The notes below the pieces were generated by a model. It saw only the letters and a program-made list of their open reading frames with translations, was not told the origin of the DNA and did no database searches. A stretch of 60,180 bases of DNA, the filler included, from Hausera hauseri (lineage: Eukaryota): the NCBI GenBank assembly GCA_046269625.1. It is 11 parts of 11 records of this genome, joined end to end, with 100 filler letters (N's around TTAATTAATTAA, not from the genome) between each part and the next. Parts side by side here need not be neighbours in the genome. Positions count along the whole stretch, not along the records: positions 1 to 8,086 come from JBJURY010786534.1; positions 8,187 to 14,329 come from JBJURY010134206.1; 9 more parts are not named here. One strand, 5' to 3'. Positions 1 through 10,899 of the stretch are shown one piece after another (position 1 is the first letter of the stretch; every line of letters begins with the position of its first letter). The position numbers and the translations under genes are program-made.

Positions 1-950
1 TAACAAATTCCCTCTTTACTTGCGTCTGTTTTAATTATAAATGGTAAATTAAAATCGGGATATCTTAGCACTGGTTCACTTGTTAGAATTTTCATTTCAT
101 CTAACGCTTTTTGTTCGATATTGGTTTATTTCCACTTGATCCCTTTTTTAAATAGTCGATATAATGGGCATTTATTTTCGATTTGTCTGGCACATAAGTG
201 GCATAATACCTACATAAGCCTAACCAATGTGTTAATTCTTTCTGATTTCGGGGTTCTATACAATCCGATATTTTGCTCAATAGATTTATCTGCCTTCGAC
301 CCTCCTTCTCCGACTATATGTCCAAGATAAGATACAGCATTCTGTGCCCATTTACATTTCTTGGGGTTCAGTTTTAATCCTGCCTGTTCTAATCGCATGA
401 AAGTATCTTCGATGTATTTTAGGTATTCTTCCGTTTTCGATGCTATCATTACGTCGTCTAAATAGGCGAACGCATGATGAAGTCCCATTAGCATTTTATT
501 CATCATCCTGGTGAAGATGGCTGAGCCGATTGTTATACCAAATGGCATTACATTAAATTTATAAACTCCGTCTTGCGTTTTAAACGCTGTTTTATAACGA
601 TCATCCTCAATTTCTACTTGCCATTATCCTGATTGTAAATCTAATGTGGTAAACCATTTTGCTCCTGATAATGTCTAATGCTTTCTTTACTGACGATAGC
701 GGAAGAGTATTTAGGGTTCGGTAATCTGTACAGAATTGATGTTTAGTAGTACCTTTTTTCTTGACCATGAGTATTGGTGAATACCAAGACCGGTAGCTTG
801 GTCGTATTATGTCGGCCTTCAACATACGTTCTACCTCTTTAGTTATTTCGGGACTTAGTGAATGAGGCGGTGGGTACCATTTAGTCATCTTTTGCTCTTC
901 CAAATCAATTTCATCATTGGAGCCAGGTTTCTTTTCTAATGGAATTGTTA
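1..950 (-). pseudogene. Gypsy reverse transcriptase and connection domain (copy 1)
   Basis: ORFs 607..903 (EVERMLKADIIRPS, SPILMVKKK) and 210..548 (MPFGI, FAYLDDVMIAS, LKLNPKKC, VSYLGHIV). Confidence 0.95.
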
Positions 951-1029
951 ACCTTAAGGTTTTTGCTCTACCTATATCTTCATTCTGGGCAATAATCGAC
1001 TTATATTTGCATAATAATTTGTAAAATTG

Positions 1030-1830
1030 ATATTATACTTCTGGTGCGAATTTAGTTTCGACATGGGGTGGAAACTCAGCATATTTGTATGATTTTTTCT
1101 CGATTGTTAATGCCGACACCTTACAAGTATGGCCCAATGTAGTATTGACATATAACCTTACGGGGGTTGGCGCGTTATTCACTAATCTGATCGGTACTCG
1201 ACCTGTCACCACTCTTGTCAAAATGTTACTATGATATTTGGGTTAACGTCTTCTTGTGGCTCCAAATATACCGGTTGATCGTCTTCTTCTTGGATTTGAG
1301 CATAAATTAACATTTCGGTTCTGGGCGGAATGTTTTCGTCGACGGGAAGCCATACTTCTAGCTTCCTTTCTTTCATTGTTTTAATCCCTCTTACTGGTCC
1401 GAGTTCAAGTAGTTTCCCAGTATGTAAATTTATTGCGATATTCGATAATTGTTTCAGTATATCGCATTCTAACACTACATTATCGGTTAGTTGATCCATT
1501 ATGGCAAACTCGTGTCGAAGAATTTGACCCACTTAAATTTCGGTTTGGGTTCTTGCCCGAAGGCTTCTATGCTGCTCGGATCCGACGACGACTCTGGCTG
1601 CAATTGTTTTCATAGTGTCGGCGGTATTGATTCTAACTTGATAAACGATTTTTCCGATCCGCTGTCGATTAAGGCATAGACTTCCCAATCCTCAATGGTA
1701 ACTTTTGTGAAGGGCTTTCCTTCCATAACTGTTCCATAACAACTTGCCACGTCCTTCGGTCGTTTAATTGAAGAAATCTTATGTCCGTTTATTGTTATTT
1801 CTGGTGATGAAATAATATTTTCTGTCAACT
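1030..1830 (-). pseudogene. Retropepsin-like aspartic protease and PR-RT spacer (copy 1)
   Basis: VYALIDSGSEKSFI in ORF 1610..1828, then ECDIL (LGCDIL in copy 2) and the IPPRTEMLI...VPIRLVN spacer common in Gypsy pol. Confidence 0.9.
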
Positions 1831-2399
1831 GTTTCAGTTCTTCGTTAGGGTATAAATCATTAATTGCTATGCTATCTGCATTGCCTCTAATTAATTGTTC
1901 TTGTACTATTGGATTTTGGAGCTATTCCGATCCTTGTATTCCCGAAACTGATCTTGACTCTATATTACGAGTTATTCTTTGTGAGTACAATATTTTATGG
2001 TCATCTTACGCTCATCGCTGATTAGTGATTTGCATTTTCTTCAATACTCCGTATTGTTTTTTTCCTTCATAAGGGTCTTCATAGCTGAAGGGTTTCCGAT
2101 GGATTTCCGATTTGTACAACGTCATCGATGTTTTGTCGCAATCTTCGTATATTGGAGCTGTCGGCGGCATGATGGGTAAAGGTGTCTTAATTACTGAATA
2201 CATTTTGTGTCTATTCGTCTGAGGATTGCTTCTCCCTTAGGCTCGTCATCATCTGAGTTATCTCTTCGTGTTGTTAATTTCTTAGCTTTGCGTTTCGATA
2301 GAAATATGGGTCTTGCTTGTCGTTTGTAATTATGGTAGCCGACATGGCGTTCAACGTCATTCTTCCACCGATTTTCTTCATAGGCTTTAAGCATTTTGC

Positions 2400-4295
2400 C
2401 GAAAGGTGTGATAATTGCGGTTAAAATCTTGCAAGAAAATTCTGTTAGCGTGAATATTTCGTATCCATTTATAACCGCCTGAATTACTGCCTTTATTAAG
2501 TGTACCAAGAAATAAATTGCTAAAAATCCCGATGCGGCTTGTCCAAAGATCAAAAATCGTCCCCATATTTTGTAGAGTATTTCTCTGGTCACCCGTTGGT
2601 AATGATTCACATTGAGTAAAGATTCCCATTTAGCCTGATGACGGGTATCGTCTACTACTTATGCCATGGCTCGATTTAATTCGTGTGTTCGCTGTCGTGG
2701 AAAAGCGAGAAATTGTCGAAAAGCTTCGATCTCTTGGTCTGTAAATGCCCTTTTGTGACGTATCCTGGAACTTGTCGTCGGTAATTTCTTTCGCTAAATT
2801 AGTTCCAGTTAGTTTTTTAGGAACGATAGTGACACCTCCGTTAAGTAAACTAACCCAATCCGTTTTGCTACGTCTAAACATTGGTTTACACAAACTTGCC
2901 TTACAATCCTTTAGGATTGTAGGTTGTGTTGCGTTGTCTATCAACAGCCTAGTGAGGGGCATGGCTAACCGTGGAGTGTTCTGATAGATCACAGGAAGCT
3001 CCTGTATACATCGTTTTTCTTTGACATTAATTGGTACGTCTCTTTTCTCGCACTCATGTCAGTAGAACTTTGCCCGTAACTCGACTAAANNNNNNNNNNG
3101 TTTTTCTTCAACGTTGATTAGTACATCTCTTTTCTCACATTCATAAGTCAGTAGAACTTTGCCAGTAACTCGACTAAAGATTCCTTCTCTCATGGGAATA
3201 ATCGGTGAGGCTAGCTCAGGGTTTACATAAATAAGAGCTAATTTTGTCCTCATAATCTCCGTATCCAATTTGCAATCATTAGTTATCATTTTATGGTATA
3301 GTTCGACTATCCCGACTTGTCCTTTATAATAAAAATAATCGTCCCGGTTTTCAGATAATCTTCAATTCGAATGTCCTTCGTTTCTAAGTTATGTTTTCGC
3401 GTTTATCTCCGTTTCTGCGACGAAAAACGCTTCAGTTAGTGATGAACATTACTGCTTCGCAACGTGAAATCATTTCTTTTTTATGAATTTCAACCCATGT
3501 TGATCAGAAATTAGTATTGTAGGTGTATGATGTTCTAATACGTTTTCACGTGTACTTGAACTGACGTCAGATTTGTCTAGGTATCTCTTTCCGGTGGTTT
3601 TATTAAATTTCAGTTCCTTAATCTTAATAAAATTACAGGCCTTTTCCGGAAGGCGGTTTCCATATTACGACAGAACGTCTGAAGGCACAGGTTCCGTCCT
3701 GTATGTGACATTTTTGATTCTCGGTATATAGCTTAGTGACTCTGGAACATCACTTTCTGGACTCGCATTTCCGATTCGTAAAAGTCTACGACTTTTACAT
3801 TTGCTTCTAATCCTTTTCCGGTGTCGTATTCTGTTCCACTACATTGGCCATTATGCATGTCTAACCTTCCGACTACTATATTATATGCTCTGATTATCTT
3901 CTCAGGCTGCATCTTTAGTTCCATACTATCTCATTTTAGTCTTCCGGTTTCTCGAGCCTGTTTGCAGTGTTGCCTTTCCAAATTCATTGGAATTGGAGGG
4001 GTCGTTGGTTTGGTTATCGAGGAATGTCCATGCATTAATCCACAGTGGAAAATGCTACGAGATCGTCTCAGCATACACTCCATGCCGTCAAAGGATATCA
4101 ATTCTTGTTGTTAGTATAGGAAGTAGCTTTTTTCCTTTGTCTCCAATTTGTGAGGTCTGGCATCTTCACATGCCTCTAGGTGCATTAGTGAATATATTTG
4201 TCTAAGCTTAAATCTATCACAGTCATAGGCAGTAACAGCACCCATCTGTTTTATTAGCATCATTATGGTGAGTAAGCTGATTAACCAACTAGATT
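2400..4295 (-). pseudogene. Chuvirus-like (Jingchuvirales-type) envelope glycoprotein, copy 1
   Basis: Hydrophobic signal WLISLLTIMMLIKQMGAVTAYDC; YSL..LEAC; GQCSGTEY; ITNDCKLDTEIMRTKLAL..NP; KGIY; C-terminal TM WGRFLIFGQAASGFLAIYFLVHLIKAVIQAVINGY. Motif order matches chuvirus G as I recall it. Confidence 0.8.
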
Positions 4296-7200
4296 CCTTC
4301 TTTCGGTTTTTATTATCCGTTGTTGTCAAGTTCCGTAAGATGTCTTCGAGTCTATTGTTACTACTGGTCTTTTTATCTTCTTCCTTATCAAATAATCTTG
4401 GCCAATTTACTTCGCACGGAAGCTTCCTAGCCGCTTTCCGCGCCAAGCTTGTAGCTCGATTGAATTCATTTTCTCGATATGGATTTATCTTGATTAGTAA
4501 GTACAATAATACTTTCCTTAGCTCTTCTGTCGTATTTTCTACCGTGATTTTCTCAACTACTGCGTCGTCAGTTAGATTACTTTTTGATAACTTGAAACGT
4601 GAACTTCTTATTATCCTAGCCGCGTTAAACATTGCTTTTTCTTTATCATCTAATGTATCTCCTCGAAGGCTCGAAAAATTTACGATTCATATTAAATTCC
4701 TTATTAATTCATTTAATTCTTCACTATCCGCACTGAAAGTGGGAATTGACATTTGTCTCAATTCTCTAATTAATTCACCGTTATAGTCCGCTTCTTCTCG
4801 GGTTTTTCTAGGCCTACCGACGGGGCGTTTTGGTTTTGGGACATTGGCCATTATTCCACTCAGTGGCACTAGATTCTTATCGTATTGTTCCTTGTCTTCA
4901 TCCGTTTGTAAATACTCGAAATACATCGCAGCATCTCTTACTCCCACGATTTGTCCTGCACATTGCTCCGTCTTAGCCTTACGCGTGGCTTCTGTCTGTT
5001 CATTAGCTATTATTACCACTATTCGATTTGTTTTGTCGGGGATAATTCCGACGTTTATTAACTGTTCTAAATCGTTGAGTATTCTACCTCTAAAGTAAAA
5101 TTTGTAATTTAGCTAATTTGTTCCGTCATTCTTTAATAACCATTCTCTTATGTCATTTACATGAGAATGTGTAGTTAACTCACATTCCTTTTCTTCCATC
5201 CACTCGGATGATACCATCACTTTCATCGTTACCTCAGGTTTAGCCCTCAAGATGTTCGCATACTTCTTTATCAAAAGTTTCGGCACCACGCTGTAAATTG
5301 TGTTCTCACTAGATAATTTAGTCAAGGTCGGAATAAGTTGTCTTAACTTATTTTCAAAAATGTTTACGTTAATTAGTTCAATCAATTCCTTTTCGGTTAG
5401 CGCTGAGTCCAGGAGCATCTCCACATTGAATTTCCTGTTCAGAGGATACGTTTCTATTTCATTTAGATGTACCGGAGTTACCGGATTTTCGGCCGTTATT
5501 GCTTCTAAATAAGCATCCCATTTGGGTTCATTCCCAATATCTGGAAGTCCATAGTCTGCTAGGGCTGTTTGTTCTTTGTACATTCTCTCGAATTTCTTTC
5601 AATTTTGGATGTATTTCTTTCATCTGCGTAATCCGGAAACCTATTCCGTTTCCACAGGCATATTGAATTATTTTCAATAGTTTGCCTAATTCACCAGAAT
5701 TGATGATCTCTCTCTGGTGATAATCGGTTAGCTCAATAATTACATCTCTGCCATCTTTGTACAAATTCTCGCTTATTTTTGATTTCTGATCCCGTAAAAG
5801 CGTAATTATTCCGGTAGCTTTCAAACTCTTACTAGTTCATCTAACCTTTTTGCTCTTTGTTCTGTTCTGATGCACGTTTCTTCGACTTGCTGTAATTTGG
5901 ACATCAATTGTCTCATCTTCTCATCATCAATCTCCGCAATTTCTACCAATAAGCTAGCCAATACATCTCATTTATAACTTTTGAGTCGGGATCTATTGTA
6001 TCCGGCAATTTCTTAACGAACTTAGATTCTTCGCAACTAAGGCGTTGGTTGTTTCTTATTTTCGTCAACTCAGTATGACAGTTCTGATCTGTACCGGCCA
6101 TCCATTCTTGTGGTTTATGCAAGAATCTTACCTCTTCAGTCAGAGCTGCTCTATGTTCTGGACAAATATCTAGGGTTTCGATATCTTGGATTGAAATCTC
6201 GTCAATAGATTTATCTGTTAAATGTTGGATTCCTTCTCGTCGGATGCTTCGTAACCTTGAGTAGAAATTGCAAGTCATATTTCGCTTTTCTGTAAAGTTC
6301 GTCTCTGATCATTTTATATCTTCCAATATCATTACTTCTTGCTTCTTCATAAAGTTTAGCTGTCGTAAGGCTTCAAATTGCATTCGGATATTTATCTCTG
6401 CTTGCATTGTATTTAAATTACGGGCACCTTCTTCTAGTTGTTTTTTTATAGTTGGTTCACTTTCTGGAAATTCTTTCTTACGGTCTTCTACTAATTTACT
6501 TAATCTCTTTATTAGTTCGTATTATTCTGACAATTGATTGGCGATTATTGGCTTTGCTAATATTGCTTTATCTAGCATCTTATGCATCCTTTAATTCGTC
6601 ATCTGGACCATTTCTGAAATTTATGATTTGGCTAACAGTTAAACTCGTCCTTATATTCATCGAATTCTATGATGCACGCCTTTATTATGAATCTGGTTTC
6701 TTCGTTATTCATTAACATAATTCGATTTTTCAAACTGCTGATTTGTGACCTTCTTTCATTCTGCATTTTAATACGATTTTATAAATTCGTGTATCGTCTG
6801 GGCTTGGTAAAGGCAATTTTTATCATCTCCATTAAGGGAGGAATATCTTTCGGATCTATACCCAATATTTCTAAATCAGCATCTTTTCGAATGCTAACCG
6901 ACTTTTCTCTAAGTTGGTTGATCATAGCATAACGGATTTCATCCGTCTTACGTTCTAAGTTACGGGCTACTCTCTTCAACTTGGGATTAGCTTCTAAGGT
7001 AGATAGTAACGTTTGTGCTTCAGCGACTTTTACACCGACACTATCTTCGTCTTTACTCCATCCTTCCAAAATTCGACTCCACTTTTAATCTGTTACTCTA
7101 ATTCATGGTTCCAATTCATCAACATATACCATGATACCTCTTCGGGTTGTCTTAATTTGATTGCTTTATCTAGCTTCCCTTCGTTACATAATTTTAAACT

Positions 7201-7990
7201 TTTATATAATTTCTCCGCAAATTGTTGTTCTTTACCAGATATATCTGCTTGTTTACTGATCTGTTTAAATCTTTCTAAATTGTGTTGAAGTAGCTCCGAA
7301 TCGTGACACCTAGTTCTTGTTCTCTTAACTCGTCGGAATTCTTCCACAAACGTCGAAATTTCCATTTTCTCCTATCAAGATCATTATTATCTTCCGTTTC
7401 TTCCTCACTAGTGGGAAGCGGACAAATTTCATTAATTTTGTCATTAGCGTTTATTATCTCTGGTGTTTTCAACGTTTCAAAAGTCTTTTTAGGGGTACTG
7501 GAAGTGTCTGAGGGTGAGTTGTCTCTAAAGGTAACAGTTTCTTCCGAGCTCTTTTTAACCGGAGACCGGGAACAAGCCTTAGATTTCCTCTTAGATGATG
7601 GGCTTCTACACTTATTCTTCGTTATTTTGAGAACTAATTCACTTTCGACTTCATTTATCGTTTCATCTGGGTTGTACTTTTAAAATTCTGCGTCTAAATC
7701 TACATGCTAATATGCCGTTGGTTTCTCTGACTGGGCTATTCCTTGGGGAATAGACTTTTTACGCGCCATATTATCAACGCTTGGTGCCCGTGCATATTCT
7801 TCCTCGGTTGGTGGTTCTCTTAGTCTATGATAGGCTTTCATTAGCCGTAATTTCTCTTCATTTTCTTTTCTAGCCTTTATGACTTGAGAATTAGCAGTTT
7901 TACCTAGATTCCTTACCGATCTACGTAGATCTTGCATTTTAATGATCAAGCTTATGTCACCTCACTTACCATAGATAGTTTCTAAATTAT
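4296..7990 (-). pseudogene. Unknown region X of about 1200 codons between Gag and the glycoprotein; charged, with UBL-like and AT-hook-like segments
   Basis: Chain of minus-strand ORF fragments (7707..7949, 7093..7365, 6779..7069, 5943..6278, 5528..5824, 5113..5583, 4687..5019, 4111..4632); the 3' half is conserved at protein level in copy 2 (12700-14329). Confidence 0.75.
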
Positions 7991-8039
7991 TCTTAATCAT
8001 GCTCGTTTTATTTGGTTCTGTAAACGCAACACTTCTAGG

Positions 8040-8086
8040 ATTCGGACATGACTTGGAGATGTGTCCCTCTTTGCCACATGTAAAAC
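8040..8086 (-). other. Gag nucleocapsid CCHC zinc knuckle
   Basis: Minus strand reads (T)GT TTT ACA TGT GGC AAA GAG GGA CAC ATC TCC AAG TCA TGT = CX2CX4HX4C; first base of the first Cys codon is in the gap. Confidence 0.88.
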
Positions 8087-8186
8087 NNNNNNNNNNNNNN
8101 NNNNNNNNNNNNNNNNNNNNNNNNNNNNNNTTAATTAATTAANNNNNNNNNNNNNNNNNNNNNNNNNNNNNNNNNNNNNNNNNNNN
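8087..8186. other. Artificial contig spacer; also at 14330, 20381, 25423, 30621, 35565, 41391, 46125, 50658 and 55488
   Basis: N44-TTAATTAATTAA-N44, with stops in all six frames, identical at all ten joins. Confidence 0.99.
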
Positions 8187-9400
8187 AGATTTCCTTGATC
8201 CACCGGTTTATTCTACATGTCGGGTTGTTGACCCATCCTTTTAACGTTGTAACAGCCTTGTGATTGGTAACTATAATAATATTTTGCCCGTAGACGTAGA
8301 CATTAAAATATCTTAAAGCTTCTTTTACGGCTAATGTCTCTAGTTCAGTGACCGAATAGTTTTTTTCGCATTTTTTAAGCGATTGTTCTTCATATGCAAC
8401 TGGATGTTCTAATTCTTCACCTTCTCATTTCTAGGCCAATTAGTAACCAATTCCTTCTTTACTGGCGTCGGTTTTAATTATAAACGGTAAATTAAAATTG
8501 GAATATCTTAGCAATGGTTCACTAGTTAGAATTTTTTTCATTTCACCGAATGCTTCTTTTTCGATCTCGGTCCATTTCCACTTGATCCTTTTTTTCAATA
8601 GCCGATATAGTAGTGCATTTATTTTCGAGTTGTACGGCACAGAAGTGGCATGGTACCCACATAAGCCTAACCAATGTCTTAATTCTTTCTGGTTGTGGGG
8701 TTCTATAAAATCGGATATTTTGCTCAGTAAGGATTTATCTTCTTCGACCCTCCTTCTCCGACTATGTGTCCCAAATAAGATACAGCATTTTGTGCCCATT
8801 TACATTTCTTGAAGTTGTGTTTCAATCCTGCTTGTTCCAACCTTATAAGAGTATCTTTGATGTTCTTTAGGTGTTCTTCTGTTTTCGATGCCATAATTAC
8901 ATCGTCTAAATAGGCAAACGCGTGATCGAGTTCCATTAACATTTTATTCATCATTCTGGTAAAAATAGCTGGGCCGGTTGTTATACCGAACGGCATGATG
9001 TTAAATTCATAAACTTCGTCATGCGTTTTAAACGCCGTTTTATAACGATCATCTTCTTCAATTTCCACTTGCCAGTATCCGGATTGTAAATCCAGTGTGG
9101 TAAACCACTTTTGCGCCTGATAGTCTGTCTAATGCTTCCTTGACCGACGGTAGTGGGAATGAGTCCTTCATTATGAGCATGTTCAAGGCTTGGTAATCTA
9201 TACAAAATCGATTTTTAGTGGTACCTTTCTTCTTGATCATGAGTATCATTGAGTACCAGTACCGGTAGCTTGATCGTATTGTGTCGGTGTTCAACATGCG
9301 TTCTACCTCTTTGATTATCTCTGGCCTTAATAAATGAGGAGGCGGGTACCATTTCGGCATCTTTTGCTCTTCCAAGTCGATTTCGTCATTGGAACCAGGT
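8187..9400 (-). pseudogene. Gypsy RT and RNase H (copy 2)
   Basis: DSFPLP, LDLQSGYWQ, KTAFKT, YEFNIMPFGI, YLDD, TDAS, HPVAY, NYSVTELE, VTNHKA. Confidence 0.95.
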
Positions 9401-10330
9401 CACTTTTTTAAGGGAATAATTAACCTTAAGGTTTTTGCTCTACCTATATCCTCTTTATTTTGGGCAATAATCGATTTATATCTGCATAGTAATTCAGGAA
9501 ACTGACAGTATGCTTCTGGTGAAAACTTTGTTCCAACATGAGGTGGAAGCTCGGCATATTTGTATGGTTTTTCTTCCATTGTTATTGCCGACACTTTATA
9601 GGTATGACCCATGTAGTAGTATTGGCATACAACTTTACCGGGAGTTGGCGCATTATTTGCTAATCTGATTGGTACTTGTCCCGTCGTCACTCTTGTTAAT
9701 ACGTTACTGAATATGATATTTGGGTAAATATCTTCTTGTGGCTTAAAGTAAACTGGTTGATCGTCTTCTTCCCGGATTTGAGTATAAATTAATATTTCGG
9801 TTCTGGGTTGGATATTTTCGTCGACGGGGATCCATACTTCTCCTAGTTTCCTTTCCTTCATTGTTTTAATCCCTTTCACTGGTCCGAGTTCCAGTAGTTT
9901 TCCAGTATGTAAGTTTATTGCAATATTGGGTAATTGTTTCAGTATATCGCAACCCAATACTACATCATCGGTTAGTTGATTTATTATAGCAAACTCGTGT
10001 CGAAGAATTTAACCCATTAGTTGAACTAAGGGACTCCACTTAAATTTTGGTTTACATTCTTGCCCGAAGGCTCCTATACTGCTTGAATCTAACGACAACG
10101 CTGGCCGTAGTTGTTTTAGTAGTGTTGGTGGTATCGATTCTAACTTGATAAACGATTTTTCCGATCCAGTGTCAATTAAGGCGTAAATTTCCAAATCTTC
10201 GGTGGTAACTTTTGTGAAGGGCCTTCCTTCCATAACTGTTCCAGGGCAACTTGACACGTGCTTTGGTCGTTTAATTGAAGAAATCTTATGTCCGTTTATT
10301 GTTATCTCTGGTGATGACATGATATTTTCG
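9400..10330 (-). pseudogene. Aspartic protease and spacer (copy 2)
   Basis: IYALIDTGSEKSFI in ORF 10009..10494; GCDILKQL in ORF 9400..9957. Confidence 0.9.
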
Positions 10331-10899
10331 GTCAACTGTTTTAGTTTTTCGTTAGGGTATAAGTCTTCTATGCTGTCTGTTTTATTCCTAATTAAGGGTT
10401 TTTGTACTATTGTATTTTGGAGCAATTTCAATCCTTCTATTCCCAAAACAGTTGACCTTGACTCTATGTTTCGAGCTATTCTTGGTGAGTACAATATTTA
10501 TGGTTGTCCTCTGCTCGCCGTTTGTTAATGACCTGCATTTTTTTAATACTCCATATTGTTTTGTCCTTTCATAAGGGTCCTTATAACTGAAGGGTTTCCG
10601 ATGGATTTCCGATTTGTATGACGCCATAGATGTTCTATTGCAATCTTCATATATTGGAGCTGTTGATGGGATGATGGGCAAGGGTGCCTCAATTACTGAA
10701 TACATTTTGTGTCTATTTTGTCTGAGGATCGCTTCTTCTCCCTTAGGCTCGTAATCATAGGAGTTATTTCTTCGTTTTGTTGATTTCTTAGCTTGCAATT
10801 TGATAGAAACGTTGGTATTGCTCGTCGTTTCTAATTGTGATAGCCGACATGGCGCTCAACGTCATTTTTTCATCGATTTTCTTCGTATGCTTTAAGCAT

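Larger units (their letters stand above)
1..8086 (-). mobile_element. Decayed Ty3/Gypsy retroelement, copy 1: gag zinc knuckle, long unknown region X, chuvirus-like glycoprotein, protease, RT; truncated at both contig ends
   Basis: CFTCGKEGHISKSC at 8045-8086; AYDC glycoprotein start near 4225; ALIDSGSEKSF protease near 1660; RT motifs SPILMVKKK, DYRTLN, MPFGI, AYLDDV; many stops and frameshifts. Confidence 0.93.

Noticed and set aside
4265-4786. Plus-strand hydrophobic ORFs such as 173 aa here and 176 aa at 18071..18601
   Set aside because: Antisense shadows of K/E-rich minus-strand coding sequence, with no independent evidence.
8131-8142. Recurring TTAATTAATTAA palindrome within N runs
   Set aside because: Artificial six-frame-stop linker; ORFs ending in XXXLIN are artefacts.
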